Source of the DNA: Ylistrum balloti | Lineage: Eukaryota | Length of the DNA stretch: 64,000 bases | Direction: 5' to 3' | Assembly (NCBI RefSeq): GCF_031769215.1 | Contig: NW_026782177.1 | Span: 682,001-746,000, forward strand | Part shown: one piece after another, positions 34,961 through 47,520 of the stretch | Numbering within the stretch: the stretch's first letter is position 1 | Layout of the letters: each line of letters begins with the position of its first letter | Notes under the pieces: model-generated | What the model saw: only the letters and a program-made list of their open reading frames with translations | Database searches by the model: none | What the model was told of the DNA's origin: nothing | Position numbers and translations under genes: made by a program

Positions 34961-37900
34961 TTAAATCTGTACATAGGTCATTTTGTTTCCTCGCTGTTTG
35001 TTTACAACTGCATAACAAGGAGCTTCCTGGCCGGATGTTGTGGTATCTGCTTCGTTAGATTGAAGACTACTTCCGGTTGAACGTTTGTCGCCGAGCACAG
35101 CCGATGCGCTGCTTTCTGAAAAACTGATATCTGAATTTGTTGTGTTGTCAAACAGAGGGTTATCACATGTATTGGTGTGATAAGGTACAGAGTCCAATCG
35201 GGTGTTTTCAGCCGAGTACGACTGGTCCTCCAAGCTAGACTGGTCGTAAGTAATAATCTCCTTCATATCCTCCTTGTCGCTGTTGTGACTGGCATGGGTG
35301 AACGGTAACTTTGGTGGTGTAAAACGATTGTATTCTGGGTTAGAGAAGGATTTAGGTGACAAGGAAGTGGATCTCCTATTACTGAAATGGAAGAAAAGTT
35401 TGGTACAAATATATTGGTTACGAAACTCCCTCCTCCACCTTAGAAAGAGTACATTTCACCACAGAGATACATCTGGAAAATTAAATTGTTATCGGTGGGG
35501 AAAACTGGACAACCCTGCTTCCTAGTCAAATATATATTAGTATATAAGAATGATACAGCTAGAGTTAACATTAAAACATTCATCCTTAATTAGTAAATAC
35601 GCACGCCTTCATTTGTTCTATATAAAACAAAAAGAACACAGAAAAAACTTTCAGTGACTGTTTTAGGACTGGTGCTCAATTGATATTATTATTATTTTTT
35701 TTTCAAATTAATTGTAAAAATAAGTTGAAATTCATTCACTATCTTCTACTATGTCGTTTGAGAAATACTTGCTTTAAAGGATATGGTAACGTGTGTAATC
35801 TGGAGAAGAGTCCTAATACTTAACATCGACGACTCATAGTTCTAAAGAAGAAGTGATGACTTCTGATCTTACCTCCGACAATGTACTACGATGACAAGCA
35901 CCAGAACAAAGAGTACGAATGCCCCTACTATCGTCGGGATGATGATGTTTACTGAAAAGGATATATCTCATATATTACAATGTCGATAATAATTATATAG
36001 GACATAAAATACATGACGATTGTATAAAAAAGAAGATGTTCACACACAGACAGGTCATCTTTCCTTTGATGTTTCCGGAGACATAACTATGGTAACCTAT
36101 AAACAAAAGAAGATGCTTACAAACAGTTCTTATAAGTTCTTTGTTAAAAAAAGCAAAAATGGGTGAACATTTAAATTGCTGGATGTTGAAAAAGTAAACA
36201 CTTAAACATAATTTTGGAAATTATGTCAATAAAACACAGATTATCTAGTTCTGAGGAAAATAACCGACGCGAGATACGCTGCACACAATGTAAAGTGACG
36301 CCACAAAAGTATTGCAACAAACATGACCGATTTTCTGCAAAAAATAGATTGGTACATTTCATTTGCGATTTTTGGACAGAAACAATTTGACCTTCGGCAT
36401 GAAACTCGTCAAGAACAAATTTAAGGGGGTATATTTTTACTTGACACCGGAATTTTGTGACGTCATGTTGTATTTACATTAGACGCGGAAGTAGCAGACG
36501 ATGGCTGGAAGTGCCAATGAACGAGTCGGACGAATTTTAAAGAAAATTGAAACAACGGAGATGTAGAAATTCGCCATCGAAGTGGTAGACCAAAACTTTT
36601 GAGTGACCGTGGTTTTCGCAGATTATATCGGCATGTTAGAAAAAAGGTGAGACGGACTTTCAGATATTACAAACACTTTAAATTCCTCGTCCTGTCTATA
36701 CAAGAACTGTTCATAGCATTTTACACCGGGAAGGTATAAAAAAAACCCCGCCGAATTCGAAAGTCCATCACAATTTCAGAGGTCAACCGTCAAAGACGAG
36801 TTCAGCGGTGTAGAGGAAAACTAGCGTGGACTGAGCACAGGTGGCAAAAAGTTCTGTTTACGGACGAAACACAAGTTGTTATTAGTAAGAAAAATATTTT
36901 ACATGTATGGAGAAAATCAACAGAAACGTGGAACCCGGAGTGTTTAAATATATTGAAAGCGCCCCACTGGATGAGTGTAATGTTTTGGGGATGTATTTCA
37001 TATAATGGTGTTGGTACTTTGGTTGATGGAAATATAAATTCACAAATGTATATAGATTTACTGGACGAAAACTTGTGGCCTGTTGTTGCAAAAGAATTTG
37101 GCAATGATGATTGGATTGATCAGGATGATAATGCGACCCCTCATCGTTCTAGTGTGACCAATGCCTGGAAAACAGCAAATTGTATACCAAGTATGGATTG
37201 GCCTTCAAATCCCCAGATATAAACATTACTGAAAATGTGTAGAGATGTATAAAATTAAACCGAATAAAAAAAAATCGGATGACATTGCAAACAGGGATCA
37301 ACTTATCACAGCAGTGAAAGATATCTGGCGACGTCTACCTCAGGTCTACATAACATGTTTATATGCATCAATTCCCAGATGGATTCGCAGTGTCATCACC
37401 CAGAAAGGTTATATAACAAAATATTAAAAGTTTGGTAAGTATTATACATTTTTGATATGAAAAATATTGTTTGAAATTTCAACTTTGTTTTGCAATTGTG
37501 AATGACGTTGGCCATGTTTGTTGCGATACTTTTGTCACGTCACTGTACAACTGTCGGTTCGAAACTTACGGGTGTCGTGGCTGGTATCAATCCCTTCCTC
37601 GTTGTTTCCATCTGACTTCGTACCGGAAGTAGAAAAAGGCGACGAGGCAGGCACTGTATTATTTAAAGGCTGTGGTGTGGTAGACGTTTGTGTGTTAGAT
37701 TGAGTTGTTGTAGGTATAGGCGTGGTAGATTGAGTTGTTGTAGGTTTAGTTGTGGTAGATTGAGTTGTGGGTTTAGGCGTGGTAGATTGAGTTGTAGGTT
37801 TAGGCGTGGTAGATTGAGTTGTAGGTTTAGGCGTGGTAGATTGAGTTGTAGGTTTAGGCGTGGTAGATTGAGTTGTAGGTTTAGGCGTGGTAGATTGAGT

Positions 37901-40900
37901 TGTAGGTTTAGGCGTGGTAGATTGAGTTGTAGGTTTAGGCGTGGTAGATTGAGTTGTTGTAAGTGGTGGCGTAGTAGATTGAGTTGTTGTAGGTGGTGGC
38001 GTAGTAGATTGAGTTGTTGTAGGTGGTGGTGTGGTAGATTGAGTTGTTGCAGGTGCAGGTGTGGTTGATTGAGTTGTGGGTTTAGGTGTGGTAGATTGAG
38101 TTGTTGTAGGTGCAGGCGTGGTAGATTGAGTTGTTGTAGGTGCAGGTGTGGTTGATTGAGTTGTTGTAGGTTTAGGCATGGTAGATTGAGTTGTTGCAGG
38201 TTTAGTCGTGGTAGATTGAGTTGTAGGTGCAGGTGTGGTTGATTGAGTTGTAGGTGCAGGTGTGGTAGATTGAGTTGTTGTAGGTGGTGGCGTGGCTGCT
38301 ATATCATTTGAACATGTAGCGTTGATTGTCGATGATAAATTGTCTGAAACAAGAAAGCAAATCTGGAAAATATGATATGGAAATACAAGGATCAGCTTAT
38401 TCACCACCAAAATACACAAACAAAAATTGTCCTTAGATGATGAAGATTTCCAGGTATATAACAATTTCTCAACTTACCTAGTGTTAATGATAAACAATAT
38501 CTCGATTCACTCTGTTGCTGCCTGTTCAGGATGACCGTGATGACGTCACCGTCTTGTACAGTTAAACTGCCGGTTACATAATTACACTGACCGACGATCT
38601 TCTCTCCTGTTCCCCTCTGAATTTCTAGAGATGATTTACAGCCAGAATTCGGGCCAAGATCTCGGAAACTTGAGAGTGACAAAGATGTTGTTCCCGAGGG
38701 AGAAATTATTAAAGCGGTGCAACTGCACGTGCTCAGACCGACATCGTTGGTGTCATACATATCTATAAGGACACTTCGTCCAAGACTCATTCCTCCAGCG
38801 CATATTTTGCTCGCTGAAACCCGAGATGTCTTCAATTGAGTAAAATAAATTAATGACAAACATACATAGCCTGTTATCATACAGTTACACCAACACGAGA
38901 CATGACATCTGAACATTATCAAAGATGTCAGCTTTAGTTTAAAAAAATAGCAGAATCAGATAGTTCATGCTGATGAGCCGTAGATTAATAAATATCCACC
39001 TAGTCTACTTGCTTTGAGAACGAGGCTTTGTTGTGTTGTGGACGCTCAAAAATCGTATGCATAGTAAAAGCAGTCAATGTTAAGCATTAATAGAAAAAAG
39101 AAGACAATTACTTACAAGGGTAACCCTCAATATCTCCAAGCAGCTTACAGTCATTTACAAAGGCTCCAGCTGAATATAAAACAGAGACAAGTGGTTAATA
39201 CAGAGATTGATTAACCGGATACTAATGTAGTGACCAGGACCCGGATGATAATGTAGTGATCAGAGCCCGGATAATAATGTAGTGACAAGGGTCCGGATAA
39301 TAATGTAGTGACTAGGGAACGGATGATAATGTAGTGACCAGGGCTCGGATAATAATGTAGTGACCAGGGAACGGATAATAATGTAGTGACCAGGGAACGG
39401 ATAATAATGTAGTGACCAGGGCTCGGATAATAATGTAGTGACAAGGGCCCGGATAATAATGTAGTGACTAGGGAACGGATAATAATGTAGGGACCAGGGC
39501 CCGGATTATAATGTAGTGACTAGGGTCGGGATAATAATGTAGTGACCAGGGAACGGATAATAATGTAGTGACAAGGGCCCGGATAATGATGTAGTGACCA
39601 GGGAACGGATAATAATGTAGTGACCAAGGCTCGGATAATAATATAGTGACCAAGGCTCGAATAATGATGTAGTGACCCAGGCCCGGATAATAATGTAGTG
39701 ACCAGGGAACGGATGATAATGTAGTGACGAAGGCCCGGATAATAATGTAGTGACCAGGGCCCGGATAATAATGTAGTGACCAAGGCCTGGATAATAATGT
39801 AGTGATAAGGGCCTGGATAATAATGTAGTGACCAGAGCCTGGATAATAATGTATTGATCAGGGCCCAGATAATAAAGTAATGACTAGGGCCCAGATTATA
39901 ATGTAGTGACCATGGTGTTTGTTTTTATTCTACTAAATTCGGTTCCAAATTTTGACACCGAAATGCAATATTTAGTTATATTCGTCCTATTTATCGATTT
40001 AATTGTCCGTACAGGTTGACATTTCCACCTGATATCACTGAAACTCAGTAACTATGCATGTACGCTTGTATTTGTAATTAATCAGCTGTGGTCAGATATG
40101 ACTGAAGTTTTATTAACATCCTCGTCTCTTTTATTTAGTTTTTATTTACAGTTTGAATCATACTGTCACCGGCAAGGAGACAACACCGCGTGTGTTTTGA
40201 GGGATCATAAATGTAAATAAGAAACAGGATAGGCCCAAAGACGGAACCCTGGAGAAATCAGATGTAACTGAAACTGTAGTAAAGGTTTGGTCGTTTAGTA
40301 TTACATACTGTGTTAACTTCGACAAAAAAGTTTAAAGTCTTGCTCTTCACGAAAAGGAGTTTTTAATTTGACACAGAGACGAGTGAATATTCTGAAGAAA
40401 AGACTATATGTATTATGACTTGTAAAATTATTTTGTCACCACTAACAATATATATTCCTCTTAGGGCGCTCATTCTTTGCCCTACTAAAAGTACACCATT
40501 TTTAGAATTATAAAACCTCGCTGTATCGCACGTAAAATGATAAGATAAATGAAGTTTGCCCTAAAAGAATTATTTCATGATAGGACCGCGCGCGCACACG
40601 CATACTCACGAAAATTCCATTGCATGTTCCCATCCCAACCCTTTTCTCAAGTTTATCTTCCATTCCTGTGGAACTTAGGAGTCAGATATATCCAAGAGAA
40701 AGATTTTTATTCCTAGTTTAAATATTCTAGAGATTGGGGCCAATCTAAGTAACTAGGTCAGTGACTTGTTTGTTAGTCGTATTTGTGATTAAGTATTTTT
40801 ATTGTGGACCTAAACAAATAAAACAGGTGTACGGTTGGAATAGACTTTCCCGTGACTACAATACGCTAAAATTATCTACATGTACTTAACATTTTGCTTT

Positions 40901-43377
40901 CCTGTGTAAGAAATTGCACATACCTATTACCTGTTAGCGAGGACGATTAGACAAAACTACCTGCTACATAAACGTACAACATTATACGTCCCACCTTCCG
41001 GTGTAAGAAATCAAATAGCGGGACCATTAGTCTATCAAAGCTGTACGTCCTTCCCATAAAGGAAGGTTAATTTGGTAATAAACCCCAGAACAAAATGGTA
41101 GTTTAAGAGGTCAGAGTTTACTCTCAAGTTCATGACCTCTATCCATACAAACCATGGGCAATACGACATTAACGTTTGAAGGCTTTGTGGAGTTTAGTTT
41201 GGCGTGGTTGTAGAGGCTGATTATCTACTCCAGTTTCTAAAGTCGGGAGTGACGTGGTTACAATAAATGATTCCGCGACGAAATATAGTTCCATATGTAC
41301 ATTATATTTACATATATTAAATTCCGTCTTATTTCATTAACAGTTAAAATTTGAGAGTAATAACTGATCGTTTTCTTCTGGAACCATTTTTTTAAATCAT
41401 GACGTGTACACACTTTAGAATCTTAGAAACATTTTGCTGGGAATAAAAACATTTTGCATATCACACAGAAAATAAACAAAAATAAAGATATATTTCAATA
41501 ACACGAAACAAACAAAAAGTCTTTGTCTTCCTATGTCAAACTTGACCACGCCCATTGTCTTCTTTTGTTAACCCTGACCACGCCCATTGTCTTCCTATGT
41601 TTACTATGACCACGCCCATTGTCTTTGAGTTGAGAATTTCATCGCTGTGGGAAAGACTGTGGGTTGAAGTACCCCTGGGTCTTGACACTCTAAAAGCCCT
41701 TAAATGTTAGGGCTCCGAAGGAAAGATTACCGATTGAGTCGGTTGTATCGATCACATGACTGGATATATAGGGTACAGAATCTAGCTTCATTAAAACCCA
41801 TTAAAACAATCAATGTTTTAATTTAATTACGAACCATCCATCTATTGGGCACACATTACTACGTCTATAGCGCACTAGGTAATAATATTGATCAGCATGT
41901 TCAGCTGTTTATCTTATTCAACACAACAATACAACCGATGTATTAGTCATCCATGCTCGAATTTTCCTTGCAATTAAGAGGGATGTGATGAAAATCCAAC
42001 TTAAGGTGACTTCAGGCTATTTACAAATGTTACACGGAGAACGTAATCAATGTAAACACCTAGATCATATAATTACGGGTATACATGCCTTATAAGGAAG
42101 GAATTAAACATAATTATCATGAATAGTCAATTTTGACTTCCCAGGTTTTTTTTATACCTAGTAGTAATATAATCAGACGTACTAATGAAAACAGTAAGCA
42201 AATGTAAAAAAAAAACCCGAAACAAATCGACCTTTCACCTCATGTTAATATACAAAGTATCGAGTATTTTGGTTAACGGAAAGCACATCGTATTTCATCA
42301 TACAACAGTACCCATAAACTACAAGTCTTCTAATGAGAATCATGACTTAATACGATAAAGAATTGGGTTGAATTCATATACATCTCATCACAAATGTTAT
42401 CTTGTGTATAGCAGTGTACGCATATTTTCGGGTTTGATCGTGTTTTATGGTATGCATTACCAGATCAGTACGAAAAAGTTACAAGCTTTCGGGTTACATC
42501 GTGTTTGAACAATTCCGGGTTACATCGTGTTTTATCGTATACATTACCAGAGAAGTATGGACAATTTACAAGCTTTCGTGTTACATAGTGTTTTATAGCA
42601 TACATTACCAGCACAGTATGAACAATTCTGGGTTACATTGTGTTTTATCGATGTATTACCAGCACAGTATCAAAAATCCCGCGTTACATCGTGTTAACCT
42701 CTGTGTTACCTTTCAGTTTTAATGACTCGGAAAGTAAATGTTAAACAATTTCATACGTCACGGACGGACGATTCCAAGCGGAATGCGTGGAAGTTACCTA
42801 ATACCTACAACAGTTCTGTGCGGTCAGGTTATGTTACGGACAAATATGGAGGTCATTTTACACAACGCCAGCAAGTGTGTCAACATCCGGGTACCCTCCA
42901 TTACCACAACTGTATAAAAACAGTTACAACATCATGACCACGTTCTACACTTACAAAAATTTAATTTACAGAAAATGTAAAAGTTCGATTAAATTCAAGT
43001 GACATATATAAATACATTTATCAAAAAGGAAGTGTTTAGTTCACATCTTTATTGGCATGTTACAAAACGTACACACGTATATATATCCTGAGGTAGTTTG
43101 TTTGCTATAGATCTGTGTTCGAATGAGACAAGAAAGTCAGTTCAACAGTTTGTTCAACATGACATATAAAACCTGTCCGTAGTATGTTTTATTTTGAAAT
43201 GAATTTAAGGTTTGAACACCAAGATACACTCTTCAAGTCTTAAGGGGGAAGATGACCAACCAGAACACTGTAAACAATACATTAATTATTTATCTGATGG
43301 ATATTACGATAAAACTTACCTCGATATGTGATTGTCAGTAATATTTTCATCAATTTCAGAAAACTTCGTGGCTCCAT
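34961..43377 (-). CDS. Receptor A: type I membrane protein with signal peptide, 8-Cys CUB-like ectodomain, Thr/Pro mucin stalk, TM and Tyr-motif cytoplasmic tail
   Basis: Phase-compatible exons (minus): 43377-43320 (MEPRSFLKLMKILLTITYR), 39169-39116 (GAFVNDCKLLGDIEGYP), 38813-38478 (domain, phase 1-1), 38343-37570 (mucin), 35951-35873 (TM IIIPTIVGAFVLFVLVLVIVVHC), 35472-35422, 35381-34961 (tail ...CYAVVNKQRGNKMTYVQI*). All junctions are GT-AG. AATAAA lies on the minus strand at 34939-34934. Confidence 0.85.
36293..37545 (+). mobile_element. Full-length but inactivated Tc1-family DNA transposon in an intron of receptor A
   Basis: TIRs TA|aagtgacgccacaaaagtattgcaacaaacatgacc and (reverse complement) TA|cagtgacgtgacaaaagtatcgcaacaaacatggcc, with TA TSD. 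Transposase remnants: SGRPKLL, WQKVLFTDET, MFWGCISYNGVG, QDDNATPH, WPS/SPDINITENV* (frameshift and stop), ITQKGYITKY. Confidence 0.93.
37570..38343 (-). CDS. Mucin-like stalk exon of receptor A (TTQSTTPKP / TTTQSTTPAP repeats, 258 codons)
   Basis: tttcag|AC...C|GTAAGT, phase 1-1; 27/30-bp coding repeats. Confidence 0.88.
38478..38813 (-). CDS. Cys-rich CUB-like domain exon of receptor A (112 codons)
   Basis: tttcag|CG...G|GTAAGT; GRSVLIDMY, CSC, GDVITV.LNR and SRYCLS are conserved with 56957-56620. Confidence 0.88.
39213..39912. repeat. 26-bp minisatellite (cggataataatgtagtgaccagggaa), ~27 copies, intron 1 of receptor A
   Basis: Period 39372 to 39398. Confidence 0.96.
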
Positions 43378-44129
43378 TCTCGTAGACGGCGCAATTGAAT
43401 AGCCTTCCGGGTTTAAATTTCTACGGATGGGCGGGCCAGCCTTGTAACAACGTTACAGCCGGTCACATGACCTGTTCAGGCATTCACAAACATTCCTTAT
43501 AAATTTTGTTACGATATTCGTGTGGAAGGTGATATCCTGGTACCCGGGAAGAGAACTGTACTACGGTTGGAATACCTTCCTGTATTGTCTCCCCGTCAGT
43601 CTCATTCGATATAAAACAACATTTCTGTGCATCATACACCATTTTGAGCAAGATAACTTTCTACAAAGATATCACCATATTTATAGGTACAGAATACCCT
43701 AGGGTAATCGACCCTAGAGTAATCGATGTTTAATGTAATACCACTGTATATCGAACCCCAGTGAAGGAACGGTGGTCGCGAACGATGTGTAAAATATATG
43801 TTTCTTTTTCATAGACAGTTTTACAATGTTGATAGCGCTATACAACACAACCTATCGGCCATATAACTGCGAGTGTCCCAAGGGTCAGCTGGTTACGGAG
43901 GTCGCATTGACTACGGGGCATTTTGTCGCTATTTAGAGGTAAACAAAATGTAAGAGGGAAGTCTTTATCCTCATCATATTCAGTATCATTTGGTTTTCAT
44001 CATCAGGTATTTAAAGCGTGGTCTAAGACATTTAAAAAGTCTGTCATATGTGTGACTTTGTACCAATGTTTGATATAAGGGAATTGTTTTTGTTGAATTT
44101 GTTCTGCTATCCATCACTACATTCACCGT

Positions 44130-44830
44130 CTGCTGGTTCTACTATCTGTCTCTACCTTCTGCTGGTTCTACTATCTGTCTCTACCTTCTGCTGGTTCTAC
44201 TATCTGTCTCTACCTTCTGCTGGTTCTACTATCTGTCTCTACCTTCTGCTGGTTCTACTATCTGTCTCTACCTTCTGCTGGTTCTACTATATGTCTCTAC
44301 CTTCTACTGGTTCTACTATCTGTCTCTACCTTCTGCTGGTTCTACTATCCATCTCTACCTTCTACTGGTTTTACTATCTGTCTCTACCTTCTACTGGTTC
44401 TACTATCTGTCTCTACCTTCTGCTGGTTCTACTATCCATCTCTGCCTTCTGCTGGTTTTACTATCTGTCTCTGCCTTCTACTGGTTCTACTATCTGTCTC
44501 TACCTTCTGCTGGTTCTACTATCCATCTCTACCTTCTACTGGTTTTACTATCTGTCTCTGCCTTCTACTGGTTATACTATCTGTCTCTGCCTTCTACTGG
44601 TTCTGCTATCTGTCTCTACTTTCTGCTGGTTCTACTATACATCTCTGCCTTCTGCTGGTTCTATTATTCGTCTCTACCTTCTGCTGGTTCTACTATTCGT
44701 CACTGAATTTAGCTCTGCTGCTTCTTCAATCTGTCTCATTACCTTCACTTTTTTTCTGATTCTACTATTTGTCTCTACCTTCTGCTGGTTTCACTATCCG
44801 TCTGAATCATTATAGCCTACTGGTTCTACT
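44130..44830. repeat. 29-bp minisatellite (ctactatctgtctctaccttctgctggtt)
   Basis: Period 44168 to 44197; source of ORF 44048-44815. Confidence 0.95.
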
Positions 44831-45158
44831 ACATGTCTGTATTATCAGAGTCTGGTTCTAGTGTCTGTATTATCGGTGTCTGGTTCTACTGTCGGTATTA
44901 TCAGAGTCTGGTTCTAGTGTCTGTCTGTATTATCAGTGTCTGGTTCTACTGTCTGTATTATCAGAGTCTGGTTCTAGTGTCTGTCTGTATTATCAGTGTC
45001 TGGTTCTACTGTCTGTTTGTATTATCAGAGTCTGGTTCTACTATCTGTCTGTATTATCAGAGTCTGTTTCTGCTATCTGTCTGTACTATCAGAGTCTGGT
45101 TCTACTGTCTCTCTGTACTATCAGAGTCTGGTTCTACTGTCTCTCTGTATCATCAGAA
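44831..45158. repeat. ~28-bp minisatellite related to the 29-bp array (ctgtctgtattatcagagtctggttcta)
   Basis: Shares the ctggttctact core with the upstream array. Confidence 0.88.
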
Positions 45159-45780
45159 TCCGAATTCCACTCTCGGTAACTCGTTGGTAGACAAACGTCC
45201 GAATTCCACCTTCGCTAACTCGTTGGTAGACAAACGTCCGAATTCCACCTTCGCTAACTCGTTGGTAGACGAACGTCCGAATTCCACTCTCGGTAACTCG
45301 TTGGTAGACAAACATCCGAATTCCACTCTCGGTAACTCGTTGGTGGACAAACGTCCAAAGTCCACTATCGGTGACTCGTTGGTAGACAAACGTCCGAATT
45401 CCGCTCTCGGCGACTCGTTGGTAGACAAACGTCCGAATTCCACTCTCGGTAACTCGTTGGTGGACAAACGTCCAAATTCCGCTCTCGGTGACTCGTTGGT
45501 AGACAAACGTCCGAATTCCACTCTCGGTAACTCGTTGGTGGACAAACGTCCGAATTCCGCTCTCGGTGACTCGTTGGTGGACAAACGTCCAAATTCCACT
45601 CTCGGTGACTCGTTGGTAGACAAACGTCCGAATTCCGCTCTCGGTGACTCGTTGGTAGACAAACGTCCGAATTCCACTCTCGGTAACTCGTTAGTAGACA
45701 AACGTCCGAATTCCACTCTCGGTAACTCGTTGGTAGGCAAACGTCCGAATTCCACTCTAGGTAACTCTTTGGTGGACAAC
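45159..45780. repeat. 39-bp CpG-rich minisatellite (cgtccgaattccactctcggtaactcgttggtagacaaa), ~16 copies
   Basis: Direct repetition; the in-frame unit keeps ORFs open on both strands. Confidence 0.96.
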
Positions 45781-46689
45781 ATCGAAAACACACCTGGGGT
45801 AGCTCGTTGGTAAATATTGTCGTATTTGCTGAGATTTGTCGCATTGTCGCCTCCCCAAAACGAGATGTGTGAAGCGTACAACATTTTTCGTTTAAGAAAA
45901 GGTTACATCGTGGTAAGAAAGGTCTAATTAGCTCAAAAAGAAATAATATAAATATTGGCAAAGCCATTCGGAGCGGGCTGTATATCATTACTGATGTATT
46001 TTATTGCGATAAACAAACATGACAAAATATTTAGCGACAGTTTTAATTCAACGTTAAGTTTAAGGAATTCTTCCTTCCTTGAATATTGCATTTATTGTGT
46101 TCCTAACAATTCCTAATGTTTCTGCTTTTCCTAGTCCGTCCTTTCAGATAATCTCTGTAGCTGAGTAAGATACTGACCCCTTTGTCTCGTTCAGCCAGAC
46201 TCTTGTTGTCTGCACACGAAATGAAGCATCATGATGATCGAGACTATTTGTTGCCATGTCCGCCATATTGCTATTCGCCATTGGCGCAAAAGCATTACTA
46301 GGAATCCTCTTCCTTGTCAAAATGTTTAGGGTTTGCTTCGCATGCGGTGATAAGAAGCGATGACATATTGTTTCATATTTAACAGAAGAAACGTTTGAAT
46401 ATTGTTAATTCATAGGAAATAAAAAATCCCATAAAAGCTTCTGTTTACGCTGACAAATGGAACAATTAGAAATAACAAATAGAAATTAACTTGTTGTAAA
46501 ATTAACACACATATATATGAATGTGTGTCTTTCTTTTAAACAGCCGGGTGAAATGAAAATGCCGTGTTTTTAGTTATTTTGTCGTCTTTTTTTTTTGTTC
46601 TTCTTTGTCTGCCTTCATGGTGTAAGATTATATGTGCATGACTTACTTACATATGGAAACTTTATTATTTCAACTTATAAAAATCACAC

Positions 46690-46806
46690 TTGTTGTAAGC
46701 GTGAGAGGGGTTTAACTTTGGGAGGAAACCAGTATCCCTTCGGGGAATCGAACCCCGAACGACTAGGTGAAAGACAAGTGTGCTACAACTGTGCCACCAA
46801 ATCACC
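46690..46806 (-). mobile_element. tRNA-derived SINE (family 1), internally deleted
   Basis: Reverse complement reads ggtggcacagttgtag (A box), ggggttcgattcccc (B box), ctggtttcctccca core, acccctctcacgctt tail. Confidence 0.75.
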
Positions 46807-47204
46807 GCCTGATTATGGTGATACATTGTTTTCTAGAAGAAGATGTGTTGTTGCTGCTGCTGATGATGATGATGATATATTGTACATTCGTATGTGCCGA
46901 TGTTTTGTTCAAACCTTGGGAAATATACAACAACTTTTAAAAACACGCTTCAGTGCTGACATGGTCAGACGGTTCAAAATGTGCATCTTGCTGACCAACT
47001 TGCGCTGGTTTTTAGGCATTCCATATTAATATTGTGTTGGTTTTATTTGATGTCAAAATATAAAATAAATACATTCCTTTGTGTACATCAACTTTATCTT
47101 TGCCTACATCAAATAATCCAGATACAAAGGTAAATATGATGATTCTAATCCTGATAAAAAAATATCTCGCATCTAACACAGAAACATTAATACGTGGAAT
47201 GGAC

Positions 47205-47520
47205 CTCGGACCGGAGGTTTACCGTATCTTATGATACGAGTACCAGAGATTTACCGTATCTTAAGATACGAGTACCGGAGATTTACCGTATCTTATGATA
47301 CGAGTACCGGAGATATACCGTATCTTATGATACGAGTACCGGAGATTTACCGTATCTTATGATACGAGTACCGGAGATAAACTATATGATACGCGCACCG
47401 GAGATATACCATATCTGATGATACAAGTACAGAGATTTACCGTATCTTATGATACGAGTACAAGATATTTACCGTATCTTATGATACGAGTACAAGATAT
47501 TTACTGTATCTTATGATACG
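47205..47520. repeat. 32-bp minisatellite (gatacgagtaccggagatttaccgtatcttat)
   Basis: Period 47221 to 47253. Confidence 0.92.

Noticed and set aside
44048-45988. ORFs of 207-326 aa (Cys/Leu-rich, NSTLGNSLVDKRP, TNELPRVEFGRLS)
   Set aside because: Translations of 29/28/39-bp minisatellites, open on both strands because of unit length; no splice or homology support.
46741-46806. tRNA gene
   Set aside because: A/B boxes are present but there is no cloverleaf, and it continues into SINE core and tail sequence.
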